A DNA stretch of 64,000 nt from Lama glama (GCA_028534125.1 CM052817.1:91886001-91950000), one strand, 5' to 3'; shown: positions 38,092 to 51,995, counted from the stretch's first letter. Numbers and translations are program-made. Notes: generated from the sequence alone by a model not told the origin.

Positions 38092-38493
38092 TGTATTAGT
38101 TTGCTAGGGCTGCCATGACAAAATACCACAGCCTGGGAGGCTTAAACCACAGAAATGTATTTTCTCACAGCTCTGGAGGCTGGAGGTTCAAGACCAAGGA
38201 GTTGGCAGCTTTTGTTTCTCCTGGGGCCTCTCTTCTTGGCGTGCAGATGGCCACCTTCTCACTGTGACCTTTTCTCCGTGTGTGTGTGTATCCCTGGTGT
38301 CTTCCTGTGTGTCCAAATTTTCTCTTCTTAGAAGGACACCAGTCAGATTGGATTAAGGCCAATCTTAACAGCGTCATTTTAACTTCATCACCTTTTTAAG
38401 GCCCTATCTCCAAATACAGTCCTGTTTCAAGGTACTGGGGGTTAGGGCTTCAACAGCTGAATTTTGGGAGAGGACACAATTCAGACCATAACA
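38092..38493 (-). mobile_element. MLT1B-like MaLR solo LTR
   Basis: TG...CA termini (tgtattagtttgctagggctgcc...cagaccataaca) with 5-bp TSD tgatc at 38087-38091 and 38494-38498. Confidence 0.88.
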
Positions 38494-40791
38494 TGATCCA
38501 ATATCATTCCCTGCACGGCTGATTAAGCAAATGGCTAAAGTTATTCCTAACTTATAAATCAGTACAGCACAGACTTATCTGAGGCAAGTAGCTCGACAAT
38601 TGCTATTTGGTACAGAGCTTAGCAGAGTTTTGTTTTTTTTTAAAGTGTTTGTCTCCCAATTTTAATCCCAAGTTCAAAAACCACTTCATATTTGCCCCTG
38701 AACTATTAGCAAAGAGGTATAGTCAGAGATGACACCAAGCAAAGCCTCAGAAGTAGCCTGTCACGATTTAGAAGACTCTGAATGGTGACGTTTGCTCTCT
38801 GAAGCTTAGTAAATGTTACTTTCCACTGATAATCCATCTGACCTCGGGGAGATGCACTAAGGGAAAAACCAAGGCACAGAGAGTGGGGCCACAACCTAAT
38901 TCAGAGAAAGAACAAGGAATGAGAGTCAGAATTTCCTGCTCCAGCCCAATGCTCTGTGCAATCAATCACTTTGCTTGTAACAGATCCAGAGTTTGTCAAC
39001 TTGCTGTTCAAATTGTGGTGCATTGTAAATGTACTGTAACGATATAGAGTCAAAAGTATGTATTTCACTGGTTTTATCTTTCTTACCTAGCCATCCAGAT
39101 ATCATTTATGTGGTTTCCATTATAATGCTACAGTTAAGTTTGCATAATATTTTCTGTAACCACCTACTTTTGCATGGTTGTGGCTCTCTGAAACTCCACT
39201 GGGACAGAATGTTTTTCACCTTGCTCTCAGTTTCAAAATAAAATTTTTTTAGTAACAACCAGTGATGACTTTAGGGATATTTTGAAGTTATGTGAATGCA
39301 AAAGAAAGGATTGTTTTTTTCACCGCAATGAATATTTTCTTACCTTTTGTCCAATCGAACACCACAAATCAAAAAGAGCTGAACATAAAGTCATCAAACA
39401 AGGCAATGTAATAGATTTCACCGAAGACTGCCCACACTGCCTGATTTAACTAAATGAGGTTTGCATTCAGACGCTTATCAGTAATTAAAAATACCTTAAG
39501 TGCATACACAACAGAAAACGTCAGGAACTTGAAAAGCAAAACTACACATGTGGTGTTTTCCAGATCTCACTAAAGCACAGCAACTAAACAAACTTAATTA
39601 TGTGATCGGGCAGCAGTGACTTAACCTCTCCGGACCTTCGTTTCCTCAATTATAAAAGGAGAGGGCTGGGCCACCTGATCTCCAAGGCTTGTTTCACTCT
39701 ATTTGGTCTCTGGATTCAAATCAATGACTCACTTTCAAAATCACTCTGGAAGGCACTGTTAACTCAGAAGGGTAGCTTAATTTGGCAGGTGGTTACTGAG
39801 TAACTAAGGGCCTCATTTTAAGTCAGAGAGGAAGAATTCATTACATCCTTCTGCAAAGGTCTCTTGGCTTTAGTAAATCTGAAAGAAAAATTACACTGAA
39901 TCCTAATCACAAGGGTCTTAAAAAAAAAAGGAAACCCAAGTGTGTAAATTACATGGTTCATTTAAAAGAATTTCTCACTTTATGATGGTCTGCTTGGTGT
40001 CAGGTGCTGGGCTGGGTGCAGAAGATGGGAAAGATGCCTAAGATCGCTGCTTTCAGGGAAATTTAGAGCCTGTTGCACTTTTTCCTTTTGTTCCTAAGTA
40101 TCTGTGGGGAAGTGTTCCCATTATGCTTAGCACTTGTCTGATGTAGACAACAGTGATGTTCCATGCCGGCGACCATAACTAGGCTAAGCTGGCTAATTAA
40201 CAGAACGGAGCATGGTTGCTTCTCCACCTCCACATGAGTGATTTTGAATAAATGGCCTTAAATTCCATAAACAAGCTAAATGTGCCAGTTGAGTAATTGC
40301 ACCAGGTTGCAAGTAAGAGTTGTCCACCTTTTCTGGGCATGGATTATCATGTATTTCACCAAGAAGATGAAGATAGCTGTGGGCTTACAGTCATGGGCTC
40401 CGGGTCCTAGAATCACTTCTCTCATGTCCAAGCTGTGTGTTCTCTGCAAGTCAGATGACTATTTTCTACCTCCATTTTTGCCTGGACAAAATAATCTCTA
40501 AAATCCCTTACAGATCTAACAGCCTAGAATTTTAATCTCTCTAGGTCAATTAGGATAGAATTGGAAGATGCATCAATTGACATTTTAGGTCGCTTCTTAA
40601 CTTTGTGGTTCTTTTCTAAAATATGTAACTAGTTCCTAAACTTTAAAGAATGAAAAAGTTTGCTACTATTGCTGTTTCTATGCATTGTGTGGTAAGACAT
40701 GATTAATTCAATTCCTGCTAATTTTGCCTTTAGCTGTGGCTTCACTAAGGACCAACCTGATATTTATCCTTATATACAAAAAAGAGAGCTT

Positions 40792-42960
40792 AATTTCCTC
40801 TAAAGATCAGGAACAAGACAAGAATGTCCACTCTTGCCACTTCTATTCAACATAGTTTGGAAGTCCTAGCCACAGCAATCAGAGAAGAAAAAGAAATGAA
40901 TCAAAATCAGAAAAGAAACCGTCAACCTTTCACTGTTTGCAGATGACAAGATACTATACACAGAAAATTCTAAAGATGCTCCCAGAAAACTACTAGAGCT
41001 CATCAATGAATTCAGTTTAAATTGCAGGATACAAAATTAATATACAGAAATCAGTTTGCATTTCTATACACTAACAACAAAATAGCAGAAAAAGAAATTA
41101 AGGAAACAATCTCATTTACCATTGCATCAAAAAGAATAAAATACCTAGGAATAAACCTACCTAGGGAGGCAAAAGACCTATACTCTTAAAACTATAAGAT
41201 ACTGATGAAAGAAACTGAAGACAACACAAACAGATGGAAAGATATACTGTGTACTTGGACTGGAAGAATCAATATTGTTAAAATGGCCATACTACCCAAA
41301 GGCAATATACAGATTCAATGCTATCTCCATTAAGTTATCAATGGCATCTTTCACAGACCTGGAACAAAAATTTTTTTAATTTGTATGGAAACACAAAACA
41401 CCCCAAGTAGCCAAAACAGTCTTGAGAAAGAAGAACAGAGCAGGAAGGATCACAGTCCCTGACTTCAGCCTAGACTGCAAAGCTTCAGTAATCAAAACAG
41501 TATGGTACTGGCACAAAAACAGACACATAGATCAATGGAACAGGATAGAAAGTCCAGAAATAAACCCATGCACTTACACTCAATTAATCTACGACAAAGG
41601 AGGCAAGAATATACAATGGAGAAAAGACAGTTTTTTTCAGTGAGTGGTGCTGGGAAAACTGGACAGCTACATATAAAAGACTGAAATTAGAACATTCTCT
41701 AAAACCATATACAAAAATAAACTCAAAATGCATTAAAGACCTAAATGTAAGACCTGAAGCCATAAAACTCCCAGAGGAAAACATAGGCAGAACACTCTTT
41801 GACATAAGTCACAGCAATAATTTTTTGGATCCATCTCCTAGAGTAATGGAAATAAAAGCAAAATAAACAAATGGGACCTAAGTAAACTTAAAAGCTTTTG
41901 CATAGCAAAGGAAACCATAAATAAAATGAAAAGACACCTACAGAATGGGAGAAAATATTTGCAAATGCTGCAACCAACAAGGGATTAATTTCCAAAATAT
42001 ACAAACAGCTCATATAGCTTAGTATCAAAAAAACCCAAACCATGCAATAAAAAAATGGGCAGAAGATCTAAATAGACATTTCTTCAAAGAAGACACAGAT
42101 GGCCAATAAGCACATGAAAAGATGCTCAACATCGTTAATTATTAGAGAAATGCAGTTGAAGCTACAATGAGGTTATCACCTCACACCAGTCAGAATGGCC
42201 ATTATTAAAATGTTTACAAATAATAAATGCTGGAGAGGGTGTGAAGAAATGAGAACCCTCCTACACTGCTGGTGGTAATGTAAATTGGTGCAGCCACTAT
42301 GGAGAACAGTATGGAGGCTCCTTAAAAAAAAAAATAACAGTTGCCATATGATCTGGCAATCCCACTCCTGGGCATGTATTTGGAGAAAACTACAATTTGA
42401 AAAGATACACACACCCCAATGTGCACCCCATAGTGGCACTATTTACAACAGCCAAGACGTGGAAGCCACCTAAATGTCCATCGGCAGATGACTGGATAAA
42501 TAAGATGTGGTATGTTTACATAATGGAATACTACTCAGCCATAAAAAGAATAAAATAATACCATTTACAGCAACACAGATGGACCTACAGATTATGTATT
42601 AAGTGAAGTAAGTCACAAAGACAAATATATGATATCACTTATATGTAGAATCAAAAAAAGATACAAATGAAATTATTTACAAATCAGAAACAGACTCACA
42701 GACATAGAAAACAAACTATGGTTACAAAGGGGAAAGTGGGGTAGAGGGAGGGATAAATTAGGAGTCTGAGATTAGCAGATACACACTACTATACATAAAA
42801 CAGATAAACAAGGTCCTACAGTACAGCACAGGGAACTATATTCAGTATCTTGCAATAAACTATAAAGGAAAAGAATATGAAAAAATACATATGTAACTGA
42901 ATCATCGTGCTGTACACCTGAAACTAACATAACATTGTAAATCAACCATACTTCATTAAA
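40792..42960 (+). mobile_element. 5'-truncated LINE-1 (RT region to 3' UTR), inactivated
   Basis: Starts in the RT region (gatcaggaacaagacaagaatgtccactc; ctgtttgcagatgac = LFADD). ORF2 fragments are in the ORF track (41422-41643). Full 3' UTR; many frameshifts. Confidence 0.93.
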
Positions 42961-44456
42961 AAAGAGAGAGAGCCTACTATGTGAAAGAATAGGAATAATA
43001 AAGATTACAAGGGGAATGCTAACTTAAGACAGAAATGGGTCTCACAGACTCAAGGACTCAAGAGACAAATTTAAATAAATGATTGATACATGTATTATGA
43101 TTCCTTCTCATATATTAATTAAAGTAGTTGCCAAGGATGTTTATTTACTAACAGTTTAATAGTCTAGTTTGAATTGCAGTTGTTACTTTTAAATACATCA
43201 CAGGTAGTACATATTTACTACTACACGTCAATGCTGATTTTTCTCAATTCAGGCAGCATTTTGCCCAAATTAGTTTAAATTAGGGAGAGTCTATTGTATT
43301 CATGAACTCCTCCTCTAAATGGCAGAAATGATGACTATAAAATTCGTCTTAGGTTTGTTGGAGATCTGCAACTTACCTTTTAGTCTGAGACTTGTAAAGA
43401 ATGAACATGGCATGATTAATGGCCATTACTGATTTCTTACAGCTGTAACTTATCAGAATATGTATACTCTAATACTGTACCCATGGTAATTATCTCATTA
43501 CTATGAAGTGTCACAGAAATGCATTATGCGAAGCACACGTTGAATCACATCGAGCAATTTCTTTTTATGTTTAAAACCCAGAAGCTTATTGTCTCTAATA
43601 GTTGGAGCTTTGCATGGGAGTTGGGGGCCTTGCAAGAGAGCTGGGGGCTTTGCAGGGGATTGGGGGCTTAGCATGGGAGTCATGCATGTTAGCTGGAGTC
43701 CCTGGGCTGGAGTTTAACCAGCTTCGTGACTCTGGTCACTCTTCAACTTTTCTGCACCTTAATTTCTAATTTGAAAATGGGCATACTCGTGTGTGACCCC
43801 TACTATACCTCATGGAAAGGATTAAGCAGATTAAGTTTATAAAACAGTTGGTCACTGGGATGAAAGGCAGTAAGGAAATTCTCAGCACACTGCAGTGGTG
43901 CCTTCTTCAACTGCATGAATATTTAATGAACAGGTACACTCAATTCTTGACATGCCTATGGAGCTTTTCATGCAAAGCATCTTAAGATCACTTAAAGAAA
44001 TGAATGGCAACAATTATCAGAGATCTGGGAAGCATCAGTTCATTTGCTAGAGAGGGTAGAGACAAAGAAGCTTTGTTTCTAACATCAGAGTGTTCAAAAG
44101 TAGTGCTATATCCAAATCCAGTTAGCCCGCAGACCTGAAGATAGGGCTTTGGAAATTAGGTTATGTCTGAGAGTCATCCATCCATACCTATGAGGTGGCT
44201 GAAACAACGTGAGTACAAAAATTCCCAAAGCAAATGAACACATGGTTGGAGGTGGGCCCTTTTAATTAGATGAGAGAAGAAACAGTATCAGTGAGAGATT
44301 AAAATAAAACATCATCAAGAAAGTAGGACAAAACAAAGAAGAACAGTTTGTGGTCAGACTTGTCATGTCAGTTACAGCTTTCAAATGAGCACTAACGGAC
44401 CATTAAATTAGTATCAGGGTAATTCAGTGGGCATCTAGGAGAAGGTTTCTCTAGGA

Positions 44457-44611
44457 AACCCAGCAGCATCAACAGCACCAGGGAACTTGCTGGAAATGTA
44501 GATTCTTGGCTGGGTCCCCAGACTTCTGGAATCAGAAACCCTGAGGGTGGGGCCCAGACTCTGTGTTTTAACCAGCCCTCTAAGTGACTCTCCTGAGGTT
44601 GAGAATTCTTG
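44457..44611. mobile_element. MER5A-like hAT-Charlie MITE
   Basis: cagcagcatcaacagcaccagggaacttgctggaaatgtagattct...gaatcagaaaccctgagggtggggcccag...ctgtgttttaacc...gttgagaa. Confidence 0.8.
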
Positions 44612-44619
44612 TTCAAGAA

Positions 44620-44827
44620 CAGTGCTGCTGGTCCAACAGAACTTCTTTAGATGATGGGAATGTTCTGTATCCACATCATCCAGCACATTAGCCTCTAGCT
44701 GCAGGTAGCTGTTGAGGACTTGAAATGTGGCTACTGCTACTGAGGAACCAACTTTTAAATTTCACTAAGTTTAATTAAATTTAAAATACCTACATGCAAC
44801 TAGTGGTTACTCTATCGGATAGCAAAG
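44620..44827. mobile_element. MER3-like hAT-Charlie MITE
   Basis: cagtgctg...gtccaacagaacttc...gatgatgggaatgttctgtatc...ttgaaatgtggcta. 8-bp TSD ttcaagaa (44612-44619) / ttctagaa (44828-44835). Confidence 0.8.
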
Positions 44828-45087
44828 TTCTAGAATTCTGCTGTAAATGGATGCCAGTAAGAGAAGCAAATAGTGAATAATGGAGATGCTGGGTGTGACA
44901 TCTTCTCTAGAAGAAATCTTGTTCGGAAAAGCAGGAGGGAAAAGGCTTATATGTGAGGAGGTGAGGTCAAGGTTTTTCTGGAAAAGGAAGTCCTGAGTGG
45001 CTTTGAAGGTGAGAGAAATCAGGGAGCAGGAGAGGTGGAGGCTAAGGAAGGAGGGACACAGAAAAAATTGCATTGGAGATGCCTACT

Positions 45088-45698
45088 TGTGGTAAAATAC
45101 TCACAACATTAAGTTTACCACCTTATTCATTTTAAAGTGTACAGTTCCCCAGTATTAAGTACATTCACATCATTCTACAACCATCTCCATCATCCATCCC
45201 CAGAACTCTTTTCATCTTGAAAAACTGAAACTGTATACCCATTAAACAGTAACTCCTTATCTGCCCCTCTCCCCTGTCCTGGCAACCAGAATTCTACTTT
45301 CTGTCTCTATGAATTTAACTACTCTAAATACCTCGTCTAAGTGAAATCATAAGAGTATTTGTCTTTTTGTGACCGAATATTTCATTTAGCGTAATATCCT
45401 CAAGGTTCATCCATGTTGTAGCATGTCTCAGAATTTCTTTCCTTTTCAAGGCTGAATAACATTCCATTATATGTATATACTGCTCAACTGTCTATGACAC
45501 TTGGGTTGCTTCCACCTTTTGGCTACCGTGAATAGCACTGCTATGAAGATGAGTTTATAAACATCTTGAGACCTTGCTTTCAATTCCTTTGGGTAAATAT
45601 GCAGAAGTGGAATTGCTGGATCATACAGCAGTTTTATTTTTAATTTTTTGAGGAACCACCACGTTGTTTTCCATAGAGCTGTACTATTCTACATTCCT
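45088..45698 (-). mobile_element. Old LINE-1 3' region (L1MA/L1MB-like)
   Basis: tgtggtaaaatac...ttttaaagtgtacagttc...attctactttctgtctctatgaattt...aaggttcatccatgttgtagcatg...gaagtggaattgctggatcata. Confidence 0.82.
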
Positions 45699-45984
45699 AT
45701 TGAGATACTTGCTTTTGAATCCATGAAGAATGGCACATCAGAGTCATCAAAAGACTGACCTAAAGACAAATGTGGGGAAGAGGTACGTTAAGACAGAAGT
45801 GTATGTGTATGGAGGTGGTAATGGACGAGGCTGCTTGGCTCTAATAGTCTCAATTTTCTCACTGATGTTGATGCAATGATCTCAATTCCAAGGACGAACA
45901 CTGCTGAGGAGGAAAAACCAAGGGCTTGAGGAGAGACGTGAATGAAGGTTTTGTAGAGTTGGTCCTTTATAAGAGAAGAACAGG

Positions 45985-46010
45985 ATGAATGGGTGAAGAA
46001 GATATGGTAA

Positions 46011-46057
<47 letters not shown>

Positions 46058-46516
46058 AATACTATTCAGCCATAAAAAGAATGAAATTTTGCCATTTGCA
46101 GCAACATGGATGGACCTAGAGATTATCATACTAAGTGAAGTCAGTCAGACAGAGAAAGACAAATATCATATGATATCACTAATATGTGGAATCTAAAAAA
46201 AATGATCCAGATGAACTTATTTACAAAACAGAAACAGACTCATGGACACAGAAATCAAACTAATGGTTACCAAAAGAGAACATGGGAAGGATAAATTAGG
46301 AGTTTGGGATCAGCAGGTACACCCTACTATATATAAAGTAGATAAATAACAAGGACCTACTGTATAGTACAGAGAACTATATTCAGTATCTTATAATAAC
46401 CTATAGTGGAAAAGAATCTGAAAAAGAATATATATGTACATATATATATGGAACTGAATCACTTTGCTGTATACCTGAAATATTGTAAATCAACTATACT
46501 TCAATTGAAAAAAAAA
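45985..46516 (+). mobile_element. LINE-1 3' end fragment with internal (AC)n
   Basis: gaatactattcagccataaaaagaatgaaattttgccatttgcagcaacatggatggacctagag...aaatcaactatacttcaattg followed by polyA. Confidence 0.9.
46013..46055. repeat. (AC)n microsatellite within L1
   Basis: Direct reading, about 21 units. Confidence 0.95.
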
Positions 46517-46564
46517 GAGACCAGGGGAACTTTCCCAGGGCTCTGCAGCAGAGGTATAGCCACT

Positions 46565-47022
46565 GCCACAGAACTGAACTGTGCTCCCCTCTGACAAGAT
46601 ATGTTGAAGTCCTAACCCTCAGTACCTCAGAAGTTGATTTTATTTGGAAATAGAGTCACTGCAGGTGTAATTAGTTAAGATGAGGTCATACTGGGGTAGA
46701 CTGGGTTCCTAATCCAACATAGGTGGATTCTTTTAGAAGAGGAATACGTGGAGACATGGGGACTGACAGGGAGAACGCCATGTGATGACAGAGGCAGAGA
46801 TTGGTGTTATGTAGCTGCAAGGCAAAGAATGCCAAAGAATGCCAGCAAGCCATGAGAAGCTAGGAAGAGGCAAGATTCCATGCAGAGTCTCAGAGAAGCA
46901 TGGCTCTGCTAACACCTTGACTTTGGACTTCCCACCTCCTGGGCTGTGAGACAATAAATTTCTGGTGTTTCAAGCCACGGAGTCAATAGTCTTTTGTTTC
47001 GGCAGCCCAAGGAACTAATTCA
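46565..47022 (+). mobile_element. MLT1C-like MaLR solo LTR
   Basis: aagatatgttgaagtcctaaccc...gatgaggtcatactgg...gaggcagagattgg...gacaataaatttctgg...gcagcccaaggaactaattca. Confidence 0.82.
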
Positions 47023-49666
47023 GCTGTAGAGTATGAGTCTGCAACAGGCCAAGGTCATCCCAAACCAAGGCCAAAATGAGTATTTCCAAATTACTGTGCG
47101 TCCCCCCTCTGAGCAATGTGCTTTCTGACATACTGCAATAATACAGGGAATCAGTCAATGCAATACGTATTTTGAATCATAGCCCTTGCTAAAAGATTTT
47201 CTTTCTGTCTGTCTTTCACAGGGACAAATGGGGCATGCCTATAAATTTCATGCTTCTAAAAACCAAGGAAAAGGCATCTAAGGAAAGACATCTCAGTATC
47301 TCAGGGCAGAAGCTGGTGGCGTAGATGTGTACAAGCAATACCTTGGGGCTGTCATTACTTGGAAGCTCCTCTGAATTTTATTTCACCTACATTGGGCCCC
47401 CGAATTTTTTTTCTGGGTTGTAAGCCTGAGAATGTCTCTTGCTTCACCTGTAAAAATCAAATACTTTTCTAATTTTTTAAAATTCCTAAGTTTGTCTGCT
47501 TTTGCTGACTTTGGTCTTTAGCCACAGTGCCAATGATTTCAATTATTTTCCTACTTTTACACTTGAGTTTTACGGGAGAAAGTGTTTAGGTAATGAGTGC
47601 CTAGCGATTAAGCCATTTAAGAAAAAGCTGCCTGGTTATGACTCCTGGGTGAGTCTCTGTCCGAGGCCTACGCGCTGTGTCTGGGGGAGTGAAGAGGCTG
47701 GGATCTGCACTGCCGTGGGCTGCAGCACAAGACCATGGTCAAAATCCTTCAAAATATCTCAACAGAAGAGTCCGGTTAGGGTATCTTGGAAGGAGAGCTC
47801 AGCTATGGCTAACGTGGAAGAAACGTGGATTATTCAGTTGAGCAGAATAAACTTGAGCGTTTGCCAGGTCAAAACACAAGTCACAATAACAGTCTTTTCC
47901 TTGCTGCCTACTTGTTCTTCTCCCTTGAAAACATACCTCTTACTCTTGTGCAGATTCACCCACATCCTAGTAAGACAGGAGGAAAAGAGCTGTAAACTGC
48001 AGTTATAAAAACAATTCCAGAGATAACTCTATTTAAATTTCTTGAAACGTATCCAGTTAACAAACCCTTTCCCTCCTGTATACCTCCCTTCCACAGCCCC
48101 TCGCATTAAAAAAATAAATAAATAAAAGCAATTAGACTTTGGCTTTTCATGAAAGGCATACAGCAAAAGTATCACTGTTCCAAAATTCCAAAGCAATTTC
48201 ATAATCATAATGAAATGAGGGAGGAAATGGTTTTGTCGAGGTCTTGAAAACAATCACCCCATGTTGCTACGTGGAGTCTCTTTATAAATTATAAAGTGGT
48301 TTGCAAAAATTAGTTCCTTTCTTCAACTCACACTCATTGAGCATCATTTATATACCAGGCCCCACGTGAGAAGCTGGGGGTGCAAAGATGCACAGGACAC
48401 AACTGGCCTGGAAGAGCTCACAACAGAGGGAGACAGTTATTATTATTATTCATTATAATGTGGCTAGGTTCCCATGCCCTGTTGCTACCTCCAGCTCCAG
48501 GAACCTTGATTTTAATTCACAAAGAGCCATATTGTAGGGAGGAAAGAAAGAGAAAATGACCACAGTAAATCCTGTAAAGGTGGCAGTTCTCTCCAGCAAT
48601 ATAGCTGGTCTGCGAGCTTAGACCTCCTTTAAACGAAGGGCAGGGAAAGAAAAGAACACAGCAAAACGCCTAAGCAAACTGTACCAGATCCAACCACAAC
48701 AGACATCTGGAGCTAAACGAGAGAAATTCAAAACAAACTGGGAAAGAAAATCATGCACAGCGTACAAATTAGTTCACAAGGAAAACGAAACAAATTGGAA
48801 CACAGTCAAAAGCATCTTTCTCTCCTTGCCCCTTGCAGAATTGCCCCAGAGTCGCATCAGAGGAAAGATATTACCTTCAGCTCCACTGGAAACTTGAGGT
48901 TTTGAGACAAAGGAATCCAAGTCTGGAATTGATAACCCAGTTTCTACATATTTTGGTTTTAACTCAGGTGAGTCAACTCAAATATCAAAACTCAGGTTTT
49001 CGGATGTGATTTTTATGCCTGCTTAGAATCAGAGGCTGAGGAGAAAAGTATATACACAATAAATCTAAAATCATTCAATTATCTTAAGTCAACTGGGAGG
49101 CTGATACTTCCTGAGAGTAGGTATTTGACTCTCATATTACAAAGCCATGTAAATGACTCTCAGGTTGCAAAATCATTCTGGATAGTTTATTACTCTGTGC
49201 TCAGGTGTTCCAGGAGCAAGGAGAAAGGCTTCAGAGTTTGATGGGGAAAATACCACATTTGTCAGCTGCAGTAACAGCATGCTAACACAGCCTCTTGAAT
49301 TGACTGCTGTACGAGCATCAGCTCACAGGAAGGGGAAAATTCTGCCCCTCTTCAGAAACAGATTCAGGCTACAAAATTATTCAAGTTAATTTCCTTCAGT
49401 TAATGAAGCTGGTTTCCTTATTAGCAAAGGGAGGCGACCCAATCTAGTCTAATGACTCACAGAATGATGAGGTTAGCTAGCCCCATCTCTATATTTAAAC
49501 TTGACTTTTAGATAGAGCCTCATAGAACTTGCATAAGCAGTACTAGCCCTGCCCAGTATTTAGTTCTACTTTTATGACTGTGGAACCAAGGATTCTCAGA
49601 AATGTCCTTGGGAACTACCACTGAGGTCTGCTCTCTGCTAAATTTGCACACTGCTTCATCTGAGAG

Positions 49667-49693
49667 GTGTGTGTGTGTGTGTGTGTGTGTGTG
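49667..49693. repeat. (GT)n microsatellite
   Basis: Direct reading. Confidence 0.93.
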
Positions 49694-50009
49694 AGTCCAA
49701 GGTACCATGACATCTGGTACCCTTGGGAGGCTGAGGACAGCCCAGCACTGGGGAGTCCTCTGAACCCCGCTCTGACATGGCACCTTGCATGGAGGATGGG
49801 TTCTTGGTGGACACACTCTGACTTTCTCTTTACCTTCAGCAAAATTTTGGTGGTGATGAGGGTTGAAGGTGGGGATAGGAATCACTCTGGAATTGCCCAG
49901 GGACCCAGCTCCAAAACTGGGTAAGCCTGATGGTACTACTGAACCCAAATCTACTGTTACCTAGACCCACCCTAACTTCCTTGAAGTTACTAGCAAATAG
50001 CAACCATGT

Positions 50010-50210
50010 ATTTTTGTATCCATTAGATGCCAGGCAAATCCAAAATCCTTTCTCTTAATTCCCACATCAACCCTGCAAGGTAATAAACATCATTTATACA
50101 AATGAGGAAATGAGGGCTTGGGGAGATTAAACAGATTGCCCAAGGTCACACAGCTCATGTGAAGGAGTTGAGACTGGAATTCCAAAGCCTATGCTTTTCC
50201 GTTACATGGC
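50010..50210 (-). mobile_element. MIR SINE
   Basis: catttatacaaatgaggaaatgagggctt...ttgcccaaggtcacacagct. Confidence 0.65.
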
Positions 50211-50980
50211 TCTCCACTTGTGAATGGAATGTGTTTCTCATTTCCAAACTATTCTGCTGTGAGTGTGGCTCTGAAATGAGACAGAAAAAGAGGGAGGCAT
50301 CTTCAGAACTGCCCTCTCCCTGCAGTGGGTTGGCTGGCACATAAGGAGGTACCCTCTGAAAGGGGAGTTCCTGTAAGGTCTGAAGCTCTTTCAGATGTTG
50401 TCAGAACAGTTCTGCAGCTGTCGGAGATGCTCAGGTGTAAACACATACTGGCCACTAACCCAACCCCGGTCCAACCCTAAAGAGAATGGTGTAGATACTG
50501 GCATGCTGTCCATGGGGGCCATGGGAATGACCAATCACCTTGACGACCTCTCTCCAGGAACATCACTACAAAAGCACCAATACAAGAACACATTTTCCAG
50601 GAAACCAGCTGTGTTCATAACATCTGAGTTGCTGTGCTCTAGGTAAACACGACCTTAAGCTCCTAAAAGTACCGAGGGCCAGCAACCAAGATTCACCTTC
50701 ACCTGGATCTTTCCAATTCTCTTTATTTTTCTTTATTAGTATCTTTTACTTTAATTCCATGTTCCTCATAATACAGGACTAATATTCTCTAGTTCAGAAG
50801 ATGGTTGTAAACACTAAATGAGGTAACACAAGCAACACGTCCAACAATGCCACTTGAAGATTTCTTGTAACTTTCCTCTTCCATTAATAATTTCACAGTA
50901 AGCTGTAGGGATTTTTAAGTGAGTGTTCCTTATCCCCCTGTACAATATTGTTATCGAGTATCAAGATAATGCAAATATAC

Positions 50981-51995
50981 TGCAAATAATTTGACTGATA
51001 AGGGCTCAATTTCCAGAATATATAAGCAGCTCACACAACTTAACAACAAAAAAACAAACAACTCAATCCAAAAACAAGCAATTCTCCAATGAAGACATAC
51101 AAATAGCCAATAGGCACATGAAAAAATGTTCAACATTGCTAATTATCAGAGAAATGCAAACTAAAACTACAATAGGTATCACCTCACATCGATCAGAATG
51201 GCCATCATTAAAAAGTCCACAAACAATAAATGCTGGAGAGGGTGTGGAGAAAAGGGAACTCTCCTACACTGTTAGTGGGAATGCAGTTTGGTCCAGCCAT
51301 TATTGAAAGCAGTATAAAGATTCCTCAGAAGACTAAAAATAGACTCACCATATGATCCAGCAATCCCACTCCTGGGCATATATCTGGAGGGAACTCTAAT
51401 TTGAAAATCTACATGTACCTCAATGTTCACAGCAGCACTAATATACAATAGCCAAGGCATGGAAGCAACCTAAATGTCCATTGAGAGATGACTAGATAAA
51501 AAAGTTGTGGTATATTTATACAATGGAATACTACTCAGCCATAAAAAAGAATAAAATAATGCCATTTACAGCAACATGGATGGATCTGGAGAATGTCATT
51601 CTAAGTGAAGTAAGCCAGAAAGAGAAAGAAAAATACTATATGATATCACTCATATGTGGAATCCAAAAAAAAAAAAAGACACAAATGAACTTATTTACAA
51701 AACAAAAACAGACTCACAGACATAGAGAATAAACTTATGGTTACTGGGGGAAAGGAGATTGGAAGGGATAAATTGGGAGTTCGAGATTTGCAGATACTAA
51801 CTACTATTTACAAAATAGAAAAACAACAAATTTCTTCTATATAGCACAGGGAGCTATATTCAATGTCTTATATTAACCTGTAATCAAAAAGAATATGAAA
51901 ACGAATATATGTATATATACATATGACTGAAACATTATTCTGTACACCAGAAATTGATACAACATTGGAAACTGACTGTACATCAATTAAGAAAA
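50981..51995 (+). mobile_element. 5'-truncated LINE-1 (ORF2 end and 3' UTR)
   Basis: ORFs 51118-51732 ([29 protein letters not shown]). 18-bp TSD aagataatgcaaa(t/c)atac at 50963-50980 and 51996-52013. Confidence 0.93.

Noticed and set aside
37098..38493. Intact LTR retroelement bounded by two LTRs
   Set aside because: The LTRs are inverted rather than direct, the second has its own TSD, and the spacer is L2 sequence.
49697..49726. Short hairpin ccaaggtacca-N7-tggtacccttgg
   Set aside because: An 11-bp stem with a bulge; too short for a pre-miRNA and plausible by chance.
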